Assembly (NCBI GenBank): GCA_949524905.1
Contig: CATINC010000004.1
Coordinates: 51,840 to 115,839 of the forward strand
Source: Opitutia bacterium UBA7350
Lineage (GTDB): Bacteria > Verrucomicrobiota > Verrucomicrobiia > Opitutales > Coraliomargaritaceae
Direction: 5' to 3'
DNA: 64,000 nucleotides
The position numbers and the translations under genes were made by a program. Positions 33,609 through 45,563 of this stretch are shown in pieces; position 1 is the first letter of the stretch, and each line of letters starts with the position of its first letter. The notes under the pieces are model-generated. The model saw only the letters and a program-made list of their open reading frames with translations. It was not told the origin of the DNA and did not search any database.

Positions 33609-34883
33609 ATGCAAATAATTGTACGCTTAAGCAACCCTGTGAATGCTATAAAAGAAAAGTTTAACCAATTTCGTGAAATTCTTTCCGACCGATGGAATGC
33701 CTTTGCGCAATTTATGGTAGATGTAGTGTACGATCGCTGTCGCTCGAGTAGAGCTGCCGAAATGACCGCATCAATCCTTTTTTTGCTTTCACATATTTTC
33801 CATGGCTTGGTTCGTTTTCGTTGGTATCTGTACGAAAACCGCTTTCTTCGAAATACGCCGCTTGGCTGCCTGGTCGTCGTCGTAGGCAATTTGACGGTCG
33901 GAGGCACAGGAAAAACACCAGTTGTTGAAAAGTTTGCCCGTACCCTAAGGGATCGAGGGCGTAAGGTGGCTATTCTCAGTCGTGGCTATAAAAGTAAAAA
34001 CGAAGGCTTGGCTAGAAAGTTGTGGCGTAAATTTACACACGGTGATGAATCCCCACCAAAAATAGTCAGCGATGGCAAAACCGTTCTACTGGACTCAGAA
34101 GTAGCGGGAGATGAGCCCTACATGCTGGCACGCAATCTACCGGGTGTGGTTGTTTTATGTGACAAGAATCGAGTCAAAGCTGGTTCCTATGCGATTCGTG
34201 AGTTCGGTTGTGACACCTTGATACTTGACGACGGCTTTCAATACCTACCACTCAAAGGGAGACTGAACCTACTGTTGGTAGACAAAACAAATCCCTTTGG
34301 CAACCAACACCTCCTACCTCGCGGCATTCTGCGTGAACCTATCCAGCACCTATCTCGAGCCAGTTACATCCTACTGACCAAATCAGACGGTAAACGTGAT
34401 GAAAACCTCCTTGAGTTAATTCGAGAGTACAACTCCACGGCTGAAATTATTGAATGTGCCCACAAACCACAGTTTCTGCAGGCTTTGTGGACGGAAGTAC
34501 AAAAACCCCTTGATGCGATTAAGGGAACTAAAATCGCTGTCTTCAGCGGTATAGCTACCCCCGAAAGTTTTGAGCGTATGCTAGAGCAACACGGAGCTGA
34601 AATTTGCTACAACAGACGTTTCTTGGATCATCATCGCTTTACGGATCACGAAATATCTCAAATATTTCAGGAAGTGGGGCAGTTGGAAGATGTTACCATG
34701 ATTGTGACCACCGAAAAAGACGCAGTCCGATTATCTGAAAATATAAAATCACCCGTCCCCATTTACTATCTAAGACTTGAAATTGATATTTTATCCGGGC
34801 AAGAGGATTTTGAAGCTGCAGTTGGGAGAATTTGTTTTCCGCGTCAGGGTATTGAAGATAGTGAAACTAGTACAACTAAGTGA
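33609..34883 (+). CDS. lpxK: Tetraacyldisaccharide 4'-kinase
   Basis: P-loop [17 protein letters not shown], plus ILSRGY and LDDGFQ. The start is uncertain: TTG 33552 (ORF track), ATG 33609, or ATG 33714. The last would place the P-loop at the same distance from the N-terminus as in E. coli LpxK. Confidence 0.85.
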   Translation: MQIIVRLSNPVNAIKEKFNQFREILSDRWNAFAQFMVDVVYDRCRSSRAAEMTASILFLLSHIFHGLVRFRWYLYENRFLRNTPLGCLVVVVGNLTVGGTGKTPVVEKFARTLRDRGRKVAILSRGYKSKNEGLARKLWRKFTHGDESPPKIVSDGKTVLLDSEVAGDEPYMLARNLPGVVVLCDKNRVKAGSYAIREFGCDTLILDDGFQYLPLKGRLNLLLVDKTNPFGNQHLLPRGILREPIQHLSRASYILLTKSDGKRDENLLELIREYNSTAEIIECAHKPQFLQALWTEVQKPLDAIKGTKIAVFSGIATPESFERMLEQHGAEICYNRRFLDHHRFTDHEISQIFQEVGQLEDVTMIVTTEKDAVRLSENIKSPVPIYYLRLEIDILSGQEDFEAAVGRICFPRQGIEDSETSTTK

Positions 34884-34940
34884 TAATGCTCTACTTTAGG
34901 ATTTACCTCTACCGCAAAGACCTTAGGCTTTTAAAATTAA

Positions 34941-36158
34941 ATGAAAAAGCTAGTTAAGACTCAAACTCAAACTAAAACACTTCCCCAAAGCCAGGACCTC
35001 GAAGTCAAGGATGGGCAGATCATTTTCAACGTAGTTTGGGGCAAATTAGTCGGTGAATTCGGCGAAGAAAATCTACGTTTTCCTAAAGAAATCTTTTGGT
35101 TAAATGGAGCACCTGGAGCCGGTAAGGGCACCAATACAAATTTCATTATGCGGTATCGGGATTTAACTGCACCGCCCTTAGTGGTAAGTTCAGAACTTCA
35201 AAGCCCTGAAGCGCGCGCTCGCATTGATGCCGGTCAATTGGTTGGCGATCGCGAGGTTGCTGAAATCATTTTTCGCCGATTACTCGATCCCGACTTTGAA
35301 TTTGGCGCAGTAGTCGATGGCTTTCCTCGCACAAAAGTACAGGTAGAATGCTTGAAGCATTTGCACAACAAATTATCGGAATTACACTTGAAGTATCGTG
35401 AATCGCTGCACAGTGATCATTTCAAGAAACCGCATTTCCATATTGTTGTACTTTTCGTTGATGAAAATGAAAGTGTGCGTCGTCAGCTTTACCGCGGAGA
35501 GCATGCCTTAGCCCACAACGTTGAGGTTAAGGAATCTGGGGTAGGGGAATTCATGGAAGTAAGACCTACGGACCTGAGTGCAGAGGCAGCTCATAATCGA
35601 TATCGTACTTTTAAGGAAAAGACTTATGATGCGCTTCAAGAACTGCGACAAATCTTTTTCTATCACTTTATTAATGCACATGGTAGTATTGATGATGTCC
35701 GCACACGAATATTCGACGAATTGCGCTACCAAGGATCCTTGGAATTAGATGAGTCGACCTACGAACGTCTTTCTTCGTTACCAGTAGCCAGTAGCCTTTC
35801 AATACATGCTCGGCAGGACTTAGTGGATCGCCTTGACGCTTACGAAAAACGTGAGACCGATTTATTTAAGGAGGTCGTAGAAGTGATTCTCAAAGAATTT
35901 ATGCCGATCGTCAAACTACATGCAATTACAGGTACGGCAGTTATTAATTCTGAGAATATGGTCTTCGCAAAACCCAAAGCACTAGAAATGTTGATCGATA
36001 TATTTTCGGAGCGTGGCTATCATGCTATTGTCGATGTTAACAAAATCGAGCTCGCTGCAAGTATTGACCCAAAGTCCTTTAAAATTAATAATATTGTTAA
36101 GCGAGTTTTTCGAGTGCGTATTCGATTTGAGGGTTCTGAAATACGTCGCGGTCGCTGA
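34941..36158 (+). CDS. Adenylate-kinase-fold protein with a ~150-aa C-terminal extension
   Basis: 405 aa. The AK P-loop GAPGAGKGT and NMP-binding VDGFPRT motifs are present. The rest, especially aa ~250-405, has no recognisable motif. Confidence 0.7.
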   Translation: MKKLVKTQTQTKTLPQSQDLEVKDGQIIFNVVWGKLVGEFGEENLRFPKEIFWLNGAPGAGKGTNTNFIMRYRDLTAPPLVVSSELQSPEARARIDAGQLVGDREVAEIIFRRLLDPDFEFGAVVDGFPRTKVQVECLKHLHNKLSELHLKYRESLHSDHFKKPHFHIVVLFVDENESVRRQLYRGEHALAHNVEVKESGVGEFMEVRPTDLSAEAAHNRYRTFKEKTYDALQELRQIFFYHFINAHGSIDDVRTRIFDELRYQGSLELDESTYERLSSLPVASSLSIHARQDLVDRLDAYEKRETDLFKEVVEVILKEFMPIVKLHAITGTAVINSENMVFAKPKALEMLIDIFSERGYHAIVDVNKIELAASIDPKSFKINNIVKRVFRVRIRFEGSEIRRGR

Positions 36159-36162
36159 ATTT

Positions 36163-36987
36163 ATGTCCTCAATTTGCCTTGTATGTCATGTAGATTCCCT
36201 TGCCTCGGAAGCACAGATTTTAGCGCACTCCTTAGGGTTAGATTTCCATCGAGGGGACGCCATTGAGCCGGATGCTAATGTGCGGGCTCACCGTCGATTA
36301 CAAAAAAAATTATTAAAGGGAAGAACCGCAGTGCTCCTCCTAGATCATGAGGGATTGAGCCTTATGGCTGAACCAGAAGGTTTTCCTTTGATTGTGCGTG
36401 CCGACTTTTGCGACTCGACGACGCAATACCGCCATAATAACGGAAGCAATACGAGAGAGATAATTGCAAAAGCAGTCGGTCTAAAAAGTCACTCAAAACC
36501 GAGTGTACTTGATTGCACAGCAGGCATGGGTGCAGATGCTTATGTTTTAGCAGCGCTTGGTTGCGAGCTAACCCTACTGGAAAGAAATCCGATTGTGCAC
36601 GCTTTATTAAAGGATGCCTTTGCTCGAGCAAACAAATCAGAAAATCCTAAAATAATTGAAACGATCAAACGCATGCGACTAGTGCCTCCAGTTCAGGCAT
36701 CTTTATTTATGAAGCAAATGGCATATGGCGATCGCACTTCGGTGGTATATCTCGACCCCATGTTTCCTCCAAGAGAGAAATCTGCGCGGGTAAAGAAAGG
36801 TATGCAGGTTTTTCATTCCCTTGTTGGAAAAGATTTAGATTCGGATGAACTTTTGCCGCTTGCTTGGGATAGAGCTTCAGATCGTGTTGTCGTAAAGCGT
36901 CCTCGTTATGCACAGCCGATGAATAATCAAAAACCAAGTTATACTTTAGAGGGTCAGCGTAATCGTTATGATATTTATCTTAAATAA
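36163..36987 (+). CDS. rsmJ: 16S rRNA (guanine1516-N2)-methyltransferase
   Basis: VLDCTAGMGADAYVLAALGCELTLLERNPIVHALLKDAFARA and VVYLDPMFP match the RsmJ/YhiQ pattern. The ATG at 36163 lies 4 nt after the upstream stop; the 36013 start in the track overlaps the previous gene. Confidence 0.8.
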   Translation: MSSICLVCHVDSLASEAQILAHSLGLDFHRGDAIEPDANVRAHRRLQKKLLKGRTAVLLLDHEGLSLMAEPEGFPLIVRADFCDSTTQYRHNNGSNTREIIAKAVGLKSHSKPSVLDCTAGMGADAYVLAALGCELTLLERNPIVHALLKDAFARANKSENPKIIETIKRMRLVPPVQASLFMKQMAYGDRTSVVYLDPMFPPREKSARVKKGMQVFHSLVGKDLDSDELLPLAWDRASDRVVVKRPRYAQPMNNQKPSYTLEGQRNRYDIYLK

Positions 36988-37040
36988 GGATACGCTTCTG
37001 TGGGTTGACCTATGCCCCAAAATAGTACGCTGTAAAGATA

Positions 37041-38159
37041 ATGGATCCTAACTATACAAAATTAGCAGCGCTTTTAACCAGGTTTTCGACCAATTTGAAG
37101 AAGGATGAACGAGTTTTGATTGACGCCTTCGATATTCCGCAGGCGATGACGATCGCTCTTGTACGTGCAGTACGTGAGTGTGGAGCAATTCCCTTTGTTC
37201 AGTTACAAAATGCGAAAATCGGACGTGAATTAGTAGAAGGGATTGGATCAGGTCAATACGAAGCCCAAGCAGAATGGGAACTGGCTCGTATGGAAAAAAT
37301 GGACGCATACATTGCGGTCCGTGGGGCGGACAATATTTTTGAAATGTCGGGGGTTGCTCCTGATAAACTATCTAGGGCTATGCGTGCAATGAAACCGGTC
37401 CTGGACTATCGGGTAAACCAAACCAAATGGGTCATTCTTCGTTGGCCAACCCCTGCAATGGCACAACAGGCTCTAATGAGCACAGAGTCCTTTGAGGAGT
37501 TTTTCTTTAGAGTGTGTACACAGGATTATTCACGGATGGAATCAGGCATGAAGGCGCTTCAAAAACGAATGTCTGCGGCAGATCAGGTAAAGCTGTGCGG
37601 CCCTAGTTGCGATTTGAGTTTTTCAATCAAAGATATCGGTGCAGTTGCCTGCGGTGGTACCCATAACATCCCTGATGGCGAAGTCTTTTCCTGCCCAGTT
37701 CGTGATTCCGTCGAGGGTGAAATAACATTTAATGCTCCCACAGTTTACCAAGGTGCATCTTTTGATCGGGTGCATTTAAAATTTGAACGCGGAAAAATTG
37801 CACACGCTGAAGGCACAAATAATGTTCATTTGAACGCAATCCTTGATTCGGATGCAGGTGCGCGTTACATCGGTGAATTTGCAATTGGATTTAATCCGCT
37901 GATCCTCGAACCCATGCGCGACATTCTTTTTGATGAGAAAATAGCAGGCTCTTTTCATTTTACCCCCGGTCAGGCTTACGAAGAGGCCGACAACGGCAAT
38001 CGCTCCCAGGTTCATTGGGACATGGTCCACATTCAACGCCCAGAGTATGGGGGAGGAGAAATTTACTTTGATGGCGAACTCATCCGTAAGGATGGCCTGT
38101 TTGTCACCAAAGATTTGCAGACGCTCAATCCCGATTTCCTCTTAAAGGGAGACAAATGA
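37041..38159 (+). CDS. M29-family aminopeptidase (AmpS/PepS-like)
   Basis: 372 aa. The N-terminal [48 protein letters not shown] and the C-terminal FHFTPGQAY...HWDMV resemble thermophilic metalloaminopeptidase M29. Confidence 0.75.
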   Translation: MDPNYTKLAALLTRFSTNLKKDERVLIDAFDIPQAMTIALVRAVRECGAIPFVQLQNAKIGRELVEGIGSGQYEAQAEWELARMEKMDAYIAVRGADNIFEMSGVAPDKLSRAMRAMKPVLDYRVNQTKWVILRWPTPAMAQQALMSTESFEEFFFRVCTQDYSRMESGMKALQKRMSAADQVKLCGPSCDLSFSIKDIGAVACGGTHNIPDGEVFSCPVRDSVEGEITFNAPTVYQGASFDRVHLKFERGKIAHAEGTNNVHLNAILDSDAGARYIGEFAIGFNPLILEPMRDILFDEKIAGSFHFTPGQAYEEADNGNRSQVHWDMVHIQRPEYGGGEIYFDGELIRKDGLFVTKDLQTLNPDFLLKGDK

Positions 38160-38162
38160 ATT

Positions 38163-38369
38163 ATGCTAGAAGGTGATCTTATTATCGAGTTGCAACAGAA
38201 ACTCACACATCTTGAGCGCCACGTAGAAGCACAAGACGCTGAACAATTCCACCTTGTTCAAAAGGTCAATCAGTTGAGTCAATTGGTTCAACATCAGATC
38301 GAAAAAATTAAAGCGCTCGAAGGATCCGATGATTCAATTCCGATGGATGAAAAGCCGCCTCATTATTAA
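38163..38369 (+). CDS. slyX: SlyX-family coiled-coil protein
   Basis: 68 aa. IELQQKLTHLERHVEAQDAEQFHLVQKVNQLSQLVQHQIEKIKAL is the typical SlyX heptad pattern. Confidence 0.65.
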   Translation: MLEGDLIIELQQKLTHLERHVEAQDAEQFHLVQKVNQLSQLVQHQIEKIKALEGSDDSIPMDEKPPHY

Positions 38370-38382
38370 AAGAAATTAGGTC

Positions 38383-39027
38383 GTGAAAATTGAAACTGCT
38401 GAATTTCGCTATGGTTGTTCCCATTTTGAGGACATACCTGTGGCAAGCTTGCCTGAGTTCGCCTTTGTTGGGCGTTCAAATGTGGGAAAATCATCCTTGA
38501 TCAATATGCTAGCAGGCCGTAAAGAGCTGGCGCATACTTCACGAAAACCTGGGAAAACACAGTGCATCAATTTCTTCGAAATCAATCATGCTTGGCATTT
38601 AGTTGATTTACCGGGCTACGGTTACGCTAAAGTATCTAAAGCTAAACAGCTTGATTTTAATCAAGATGTCAGTTCCTACCTTACTCAGCGCTCCAGTCTA
38701 GGTCAGGTTTTTCTTTTAGTGGACTCCCAACTAAAACCACTTGAACAAGATTTATACTTCGCCCAATGGCTCCAACAAAGCCAGCTTTCGTATTCTTTAA
38801 TTCTCACAAAAACAGATCGTATTTCACATTCAACAGCAGGTAGTCATGAGGTTTTATTTGAGCAGACCCTTAAGGATTGGAAACTCAAGCCAAACGAGAT
38901 TTTTAAATGCTCTGCCAAAACCAGAAAGGGACGTAATGATATCCTACAATGGATTGATGGCCGTTTACCTCGTAAATCTAAAAAGAAACAAAAAACTCCT
39001 ACTATTAATTTAAATTGGATGAAGTAA
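38383..39027 (+). CDS. engB: Ribosome-biogenesis GTPase EngB/YihA
   Basis: GTG start. G1 GRSNVGKSSLIN, G3 DLPGYGYAKVS, G4 TKTD. Confidence 0.88.
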   Translation: MKIETAEFRYGCSHFEDIPVASLPEFAFVGRSNVGKSSLINMLAGRKELAHTSRKPGKTQCINFFEINHAWHLVDLPGYGYAKVSKAKQLDFNQDVSSYLTQRSSLGQVFLLVDSQLKPLEQDLYFAQWLQQSQLSYSLILTKTDRISHSTAGSHEVLFEQTLKDWKLKPNEIFKCSAKTRKGRNDILQWIDGRLPRKSKKKQKTPTINLNWMK

Positions 39028-39080
39028 ATATTACGACGATATGACTGGATATTCCAAAAATTCCACCTAGCTTACCCATT

Positions 39081-39335
39081 GTGCAACAGCCTGAAAAAAC
39101 CACCACCTCTGCCGATCGCGTTTACAGCATCCTGGGTGCAATCTTTCCGAATTGCGGAGATGCGCTTCGGTTAGTAGAACTAGGGCAAGAGCGGCCTTTA
39201 AAATTACATGAACGCTTTGTATTGGTTTATAATTCACCCTTATGCCTGCACTGTAATTGTAAGCGCGAGAAATTCGACAAAGAGCGAGAAAAATATCGCA
39301 ACGCAAAGCTAGCTCGTAAGCTAAATTCGCCCTAA
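39081..39335 (+). CDS. Hypothetical small basic protein
   Basis: 84-aa GTG-start ORF in the 360-bp gap between engB and the purL 3' end. It has a Cys cluster (CLHCNC) and a Lys/Arg-rich tail. An equally long antisense ORF exists, so coding status is uncertain. Confidence 0.3.
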   Translation: MQQPEKTTTSADRVYSILGAIFPNCGDALRLVELGQERPLKLHERFVLVYNSPLCLHCNCKREKFDKEREKYRNAKLARKLNSP

Positions 39336-39386
39336 GCTGATAGCCTGTATTTTACAAAAGCATCAGCGCGGTCTTTGTATGCGTCC

Positions 39387-42300
39387 CTAAACTAAATAAG
39401 ACCGGGCGTTTTCAAAGAGCTTCAACCACGGACCCGCTTCTCCTTCAAAGGATCCTTGTGGACGAAAACTCATTTGAACCGAGCGAAAACAACGTTCAGG
39501 GTGAGGCATCATGACCGTTACCCGACCATCCAAGGTAGTAAACGCAGTTGCTCCTTCGGGTGAGCCATTCGGGTTTGCTGGGTATTTCATGGTGGGTTGA
39601 CCATCTGCGCCAATATAGCGTAAGCCGATGAGCTCTTCTTGGCAGCATTGTTCAAAATCACCAGTCGTCTGAAAATCGGCACGACCTTCACCATGTGCCA
39701 CTGGAATCGGAAGTAAGGATCCCGTCATCCCTGACAAAAATAGACTTGGAGATTTCAATACTTCAACATTTGCATAACGGGCCTCAAATTGCTCAGAAAG
39801 ATTTCTCACAAAATGTGGCCAAGCCTCTGCGCCTGGAATAATATCTTTTAGTTGCGCCAACATTTGACAGCCATTGCAAACACCCAGACTGAAGCTGTCA
39901 GAACGAGCAAAGAAAGCAGAAAATTGATCCTTTAGTGCGGTATTGTAGAGAATAGATCTAGCCCAACCCGATCCTGCGCCCAGAACATCACCATAGGAAA
40001 AACCACCGCAGGCTGCCAAACCAGAAAAGCCGTCTAATCGAGTGGTTCCTAACAGAAGATCCGTCATATGAACATCCACTGCTTCGAAACCAGCACGGCC
40101 AAAGGCGAAAGCCATTTCATTTTGGCCATTGGTTCCTTGTTCACGCAAGACCGCAATACGAGGTCGTACGCCGCCGATGCTAAATCGCTCAGCATGTACG
40201 ATACGCTCAGCCTCTGCATCATATTTGGGTTGTATCAAAATACCGGCGTTTTCGGCCTGAGTTTGTGCCTCGTATTCCTCCTTTGCGCAAACTGGGTTGT
40301 CGCGTTTTGCCTGCATTTGATAGGTCATTTCAGACCATTGCGCATTTAGTAGGGATAGGGTAGATTCATAGATCAATCGGCCCTGTAGGTTTATCACAAA
40401 CGATTGGTTTTCAACAGTTTCACCAATATTATGGCATATTTTAGACAATCCGTGTGCCTTTAAAACCGCAGTAACTGATTCTAGATTAGAAGGATCAACT
40501 TCAAGAACTGCGCCTAATTCTTCGGTAAAAAGTGCTGCCAGAATAGCATCTTGATTCGCATCTAAAACGAGCGAATCCAAAGATAACCTCATGCCCGTTC
40601 GACCCGCTATTGCCATCTCACTGATAGTTGCAAGTAAGCCTCCGTCTGATCGGTCGTGATAAGACAACAGGGTCTTTTCTTTTAAAAACACCTGCATAGT
40701 ATCAAAGAAAGCTCTAAATAGGTCAGGGTCGTCTAAGTCAGGGACGGTATCACCCAACTGGTTATAAACCTGTGCCAACGTGCTTCCACCTAGACGATTT
40801 TGTCCTTTGCCAAGATCAATGAGTATTAACTGACTTTTCTTTGATTTTAAATCTGGAGTTAAGGTACGACGTACATCTCTCACCGGCGAAAATCCCGTAA
40901 CCATCAAACTGAGCGGAGACACTTGTTTATGCAAAATGCCTTCGCTATCTTGCCATGAACTGCGCATAGACATGGAGTCTTTACCAACTGGTATACAAAT
41001 ACCTAAAGCGGGGCATAATTCCATCCCAACGGCCTTGACGGTATCGTAAAGGTTAGCGTCTTCTCCGTCTTCACCAGCAGCGACCATCCAATTGGCGGAA
41101 AGTTTAATGTTTTCAATAGCTCCAGTATTCGCGGCGGCTAAATTTGTTAGGCATTCACCGATGGCAATTCGACCGGAAGCAGGAGCATTCAGTACAGCAA
41201 TAGGGGTACGTTCACCCATTGCCATAGCTTCACCTTGATAGCTATCCATTGAAGTAGTGGTAACCGCCACATCGGAAACTGGAGTTTGCCAAGGACCTAC
41301 CATTTGATCGCGGCTGACCATTCCAGTGATGGTTCGGTCGGTAATGGTAATGAGAAAGGTTTTATTAGCGACGGCGGGGAAGCGCAGCACACGATCAACG
41401 GCATCTTGCAGCGTGACTTCTTCCAATTGAAGATTTTTGGAAATATGGGGTTTTCGTTTTACTTCGCGCAATAGCTTAGGCGTTTTACCCAGCAAGACAT
41501 CCATCGGTAAATCAATAGGGGCATTCTTAAAATGAGAATCATGCAAAGTAAGCCGCCCGTTATCCGTAGCCATGCCGACCATCGCAAATGGGCAGCGTTC
41601 GCGTTTACAGATTTTTTCAAATATCTCGAGTTGTGCCTTATCGACGGCGAGGACATAGCGTTCTTGGGATTCATTACACCATATTTCCATAGGACTCATA
41701 CTGCGATCTTCATTATGGATATTACGTAGGTGAAAGATCCCCCCAGTGGCTTCGACAAGCTCAGGTAAGCCATTTGATAGTCCTCCCGCACCGATGTCGT
41801 GAATAGACAGCATGGGGTTGTTCACCCCCAATGCGATGCAAGCGTCAATGACCTGCTGGCAGCGACGCTGCATTTCGGGATTACCTCGTTGAACTGAATC
41901 AAAATCAAGTGCCTCTGATTGGTTTCCAGCTGCTAATGAGGAGGCCGCTCCGCCTCCGAGTCCGATTTTCATCGCAGGACCACCTAGTTGAATAATAGCG
42001 GTGTTTGGAGGTATATCTTTTTTAGCAACGTGTTCACGTTTTAAATTACCCATACCGCCTGCAGCCATAATGGGTTTATGGTATCCGCGGTGTTGCTGAT
42101 CGTGTTGAATCTGAAAAGTGCGGAAAAGCCCACATATCTGGGGTCTGCCGAATTCATTACCAAATGCCGCACCTCCAATGGGACCTTCTTGCATAATTTG
42201 AAATGGCGTAGCCATGCGGGTAGGGTGTTCCGGGAAGTCGTTTTCCCAAGGAAGCGGATAGCCTGGAATTTGAAGATGCGAGGTCACAAAAGCTGAAAGC

Positions 42301-43310
42301 CCAGCTTTAGAACGACCTCCGATACCAGTAGCTCCTTCGTCTCTAATTTCACCACCTACGCCTGTAGCAGCTCCCGGGAAAGGGGAAATAGCGGTAGGGT
42401 GATTATGAGTCTCAACCTTACAAAGGATATCAAGGGTTGTTTTAGTTTTACGGTATTGGTGATTTCCCTGTGGATCGACTTCCCACCACTCACCGGGTAC
42501 GCCTTCCAGAACGCCTGAATTATCGGAATACGCCACTAACACACCCTCAGGATGTGTTGCATGGGTGTTGCGGATCATTTTAAATAAAGATTCTTGGCTC
42601 CGTACGCCGTCAACAATCCAGTCAGCGTTAAAAATTTTATGACGACAGTGCTCAGAGTTTACCTGTGAAAACATTACTAATTCAACATCTGTGGGGTCGC
42701 GACCAATTCCCTGATAAGCCTTAGCTAAGTAATCAACTTCCGTTTCACTCATTGCCAGTCCCCAATCTACATTTGCCTGATGGAGCGCTTGAGCCCCCTC
42801 CTTGAGTAAAGGAACGGTTTCGTGAGGAGCTGGCTCATGATCCACAAAGAAATCACTGAGGTCTTCGTAAACTGCTTCAGTCATACGATCGTGAAGCGCA
42901 TGGAGAGCAGATCCGACTTCAAGAGCCGTTACTTCTTTGCCTTCCTTGTCCTTTAGATAATAGTGGATGCCGCGCTCTACGCTCGTGATGCCTTCTAGAG
43001 AGCAGTTGCGGAAAATATCGCTGGCCTTGGTAGACCATGGGGAGATCGTCCCTTTTCTGGGAGTTACAAAAAAACCACCGGGTCTGTCGAACTCTCCCAT
43101 GGCATTCAAAAGTGCCAAGGCGCGTAATCGAGTTTCCGTATCCAATACAGCCTGCGCTTTTACGACATAAATCGCAACGGCATCTATTGTATCAACTCGA
43201 GCTACTCCGGTTTCGTTCGATGCTTTTACCTGCTCTGCGAAGGCAGCGAGCAGCGCTTTTAGTCGGAATTCCGAAAGGATGGGCTGTCCCTTAAAAATGA
43301 ATGCTTGCAT
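39387..43310 (-). CDS. purL: Phosphoribosylformylglycinamidine synthase, single-chain large form
   Basis: About 1307 aa from [21 protein letters not shown] (ATG 43310; the track start 43367 adds 19 aa). FGAM synthetase domains plus a C-terminal glutaminase with [12 protein letters not shown]. Confidence 0.95.
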   Translation of the reverse strand: MQAFIFKGQPILSEFRLKALLAAFAEQVKASNETGVARVDTIDAVAIYVVKAQAVLDTETRLRALALLNAMGEFDRPGGFFVTPRKGTISPWSTKASDIFRNCSLEGITSVERGIHYYLKDKEGKEVTALEVGSALHALHDRMTEAVYEDLSDFFVDHEPAPHETVPLLKEGAQALHQANVDWGLAMSETEVDYLAKAYQGIGRDPTDVELVMFSQVNSEHCRHKIFNADWIVDGVRSQESLFKMIRNTHATHPEGVLVAYSDNSGVLEGVPGEWWEVDPQGNHQYRKTKTTLDILCKVETHNHPTAISPFPGAATGVGGEIRDEGATGIGGRSKAGLSAFVTSHLQIPGYPLPWENDFPEHPTRMATPFQIMQEGPIGGAAFGNEFGRPQICGLFRTFQIQHDQQHRGYHKPIMAAGGMGNLKREHVAKKDIPPNTAIIQLGGPAMKIGLGGGAASSLAAGNQSEALDFDSVQRGNPEMQRRCQQVIDACIALGVNNPMLSIHDIGAGGLSNGLPELVEATGGIFHLRNIHNEDRSMSPMEIWCNESQERYVLAVDKAQLEIFEKICKRERCPFAMVGMATDNGRLTLHDSHFKNAPIDLPMDVLLGKTPKLLREVKRKPHISKNLQLEEVTLQDAVDRVLRFPAVANKTFLITITDRTITGMVSRDQMVGPWQTPVSDVAVTTTSMDSYQGEAMAMGERTPIAVLNAPASGRIAIGECLTNLAAANTGAIENIKLSANWMVAAGEDGEDANLYDTVKAVGMELCPALGICIPVGKDSMSMRSSWQDSEGILHKQVSPLSLMVTGFSPVRDVRRTLTPDLKSKKSQLILIDLGKGQNRLGGSTLAQVYNQLGDTVPDLDDPDLFRAFFDTMQVFLKEKTLLSYHDRSDGGLLATISEMAIAGRTGMRLSLDSLVLDANQDAILAALFTEELGAVLEVDPSNLESVTAVLKAHGLSKICHNIGETVENQSFVINLQGRLIYESTLSLLNAQWSEMTYQMQAKRDNPVCAKEEYEAQTQAENAGILIQPKYDAEAERIVHAERFSIGGVRPRIAVLREQGTNGQNEMAFAFGRAGFEAVDVHMTDLLLGTTRLDGFSGLAACGGFSYGDVLGAGSGWARSILYNTALKDQFSAFFARSDSFSLGVCNGCQMLAQLKDIIPGAEAWPHFVRNLSEQFEARYANVEVLKSPSLFLSGMTGSLLPIPVAHGEGRADFQTTGDFEQCCQEELIGLRYIGADGQPTMKYPANPNGSPEGATAFTTLDGRVTVMMPHPERCFRSVQMSFRPQGSFEGEAGPWLKLFENARSYLV

Positions 43311-43389
43311 AGAGATTGTATCCAGAAAATGACAGCTTGGTAGCCTGTCGCTTTTAGAACAACTCAAATTCCACTCGAAGTGGATATTT

Positions 43390-44331
43390 TCAGACTTTAT
43401 TTAATTTCGTTAGTTGAGCGAGGATAGCCTTTTGCGTATGCAGACGGTTTTCAGCCTGATCAAAAATGATACTCTGGGGGGCATCGAGTACATCTTGGCT
43501 CACTTCTTTACCAGGGTGCGCAGGCAGGCAGTGCATAAAGTAGGCCTCTTTTTTAGCCGCATTCATCAGGTTTGAATTCACTTGATAGGGCGCCATTTGT
43601 TTCAATCGGGTCTCTGCTTCAGCCTCGTCGCCCATCGAGACCCAAACATCTGTATAAACAACATCTGCTCCTTCAACTGCTTGGTACGCATCGGTTGTCC
43701 ATTTGTATTTAATCGGCAAACCATTTGCCTCTAGAGCTGCATCAAGTTCGGCTGAAGGTGCAAAACCCTCTGGACCCGCAAGAGCGATCTCCATGCCAAA
43801 ATAAGCGGCGCAGATGATCCAAGAATTTGCCATATTGCAGGCAGTATCCCCTAGGAAAGTGACCTTTTTCCCTTTGAGGCTATCAATGTTCATATCCCCT
43901 GGTGCAAAGCGTTCCAGAAGGGTAAAAAGATCCGAGTACAATTGGCATGGATGATTAAAGTCTGTGAGTCCGTTCACAATCGGCATGGTCGCATCTACGG
44001 TGAAACCTTCGATGATTGAATGATCGAAGGTACGAATAACTAGGCCCTGCAAATATCGGGATAAAACTTTAGCCGAGTCCGCCACCGATTCACCTCTCCC
44101 AATTTGTGTGTTTTGAGCATTAAGAACGATGGGAAAACCGCCCAGTTCATGGATGCCCACCTCAAAGGATACCCGTGTGCGGGTACTGCTCTTATAAAAA
44201 AGCAAACCCCAAGATTGTTGGTCTAAGATTGCAGGATTATTGGGACGGGCTTCTTTGTAAGACTTGGCGGTTTGAAAAACCGACTGCGCTTCTTCAAGGG
44301 TGAAGTCTGTTTCTTTTAAGAAATGTTGCAT
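43390..44331 (-). CDS. argF: Ornithine carbamoyltransferase
   Basis: 313 aa. Motifs: STRTRVSFE (carbamoyl-P site), DVWVSMGDE (SMG ornithine loop), [11 protein letters not shown]. Confidence 0.9.
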   Translation of the reverse strand: MQHFLKETDFTLEEAQSVFQTAKSYKEARPNNPAILDQQSWGLLFYKSSTRTRVSFEVGIHELGGFPIVLNAQNTQIGRGESVADSAKVLSRYLQGLVIRTFDHSIIEGFTVDATMPIVNGLTDFNHPCQLYSDLFTLLERFAPGDMNIDSLKGKKVTFLGDTACNMANSWIICAAYFGMEIALAGPEGFAPSAELDAALEANGLPIKYKWTTDAYQAVEGADVVYTDVWVSMGDEAEAETRLKQMAPYQVNSNLMNAAKKEAYFMHCLPAHPGKEVSQDVLDAPQSIIFDQAENRLHTQKAILAQLTKLNKV

Positions 44332-44367
44332 GATCTATGGATTATATAAAAGCGTTTATAATTGTAT

Positions 44368-45552
44368 TTAGCTGAGTTCAGACAAAGCAGCCTTAAGAAT
44401 TTGAACGGATTCACTGAGTTGTTCCGAAGTCGCAATGAGCGGTGGTAAAAGCCTTAAGGTCTGATGTCCTGCTGGAACTACTAGGAGACTCTTTTCGCGG
44501 ACCGAAGCAACCACTTCGTTTAAGTGACACTTCAATGCCAGGCCGACCATGAAGCCTTGACCCCTTACTTCGGCAACGATTTCAGGAAAATCGTTTACCA
44601 GTTGATTCAATTCAATATGCCAATTTTTCGAAACGGCTCGTACGTGCTTGAGCAGATCTTCCCTTTCTATCACATCTAAAACCGAATGAGCGGCAGCACA
44701 GGCAAGGGGATTACCTCCAAAGGTTGTCCCATGTGAACCAGGCTGATAAAGTTCCGCATAGGGCTCTGACATCCAGATTGCACCGATTGGAAATCCGCCA
44801 CCCAAACCTTTAGCCATTCCAATAGCATCTGGAAGGACTCCACTTTTTTCAAAGGCAAAGAAATGCCCAGTCCGACCAATACCACACTGCACTTCATCTA
44901 GCATGAGCAATACACCACGCTCGGTGCAGAGTGCCCGCAGTTCCCTAAGAAATCCTGAATCTGCTGGGAAAACCCCACCTTCGCCTTGTATGGATTCTAA
45001 GAAGACCGCCGCCGTCGAGTTATCAATGGCAGTATCAAAACTTTTAATATCATTGAGCACAGCATGGCTAAAGCCATCCAACATCGGGCGAAATCCACCT
45101 TGAATTTTCTCCTGAGGAGTCGCTGCCATACCGCCAAAGGTGCGTCCATGAAAAGCATTTTCCGCACAGACGATACCAAAACATACCCCTTCTTTTCTTC
45201 CGACGCGTTTCGCTCCGTGTAGACGTGCTAGCTTGATGAGAGCTTCATTTGATTCTGCTCCACTGTTACAAAACAGGATCCGACCCGGTCCAGCATATTT
45301 TACCAAACGATCGGCTAGTCTTTGTTGGCTAGGAATACCGAATAGATTACTACAATGCACCAGCTCAGCAGCCTGTTCCTGTACTGCTTTGACCCAAGTT
45401 GGATGACTGTGTCCTAAAGCGTTAACGGCAATTCCGCTGCTGAAATCTAAGTAGCGCCTCTCTTCTTGATCGTACAAATATACACCTTCGCCTCGTTTGG
45501 CATCAAACGGAGTGGGACCGTAGTTTTTTGCAAGGTTTTGATAATGTGACAT
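44368..45552 (-). CDS. argD: Acetylornithine aminotransferase
   Basis: 394 aa class-III aminotransferase. Motifs: FCNSGAESNE, LLMLDEVQCGIGRTGHFFAFE. Lies within the arg cluster. Confidence 0.9.
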   Translation of the reverse strand: MSHYQNLAKNYGPTPFDAKRGEGVYLYDQEERRYLDFSSGIAVNALGHSHPTWVKAVQEQAAELVHCSNLFGIPSQQRLADRLVKYAGPGRILFCNSGAESNEALIKLARLHGAKRVGRKEGVCFGIVCAENAFHGRTFGGMAATPQEKIQGGFRPMLDGFSHAVLNDIKSFDTAIDNSTAAVFLESIQGEGGVFPADSGFLRELRALCTERGVLLMLDEVQCGIGRTGHFFAFEKSGVLPDAIGMAKGLGGGFPIGAIWMSEPYAELYQPGSHGTTFGGNPLACAAAHSVLDVIEREDLLKHVRAVSKNWHIELNQLVNDFPEIVAEVRGQGFMVGLALKCHLNEVVASVREKSLLVVPAGHQTLRLLPPLIATSEQLSESVQILKAALSELS

Positions 45553-45563
45553 GACTGAAAGAC

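Noticed and set aside
36013-36162. N-terminal extensions given by the ORF track. Affected genes are rsmJ 36013, the MR/MLE enzyme 19240, the kinase 21082, ilvC 57162, anSME 29735, the Tat-sulfatase 11827 and purL 43367.
   Set aside because: Each extension overlaps the preceding gene on the same strand or adds non-homologous residues before a family-typical N-terminus. Internal ATGs placed 0-15 nt after the upstream stop give canonical protein starts.
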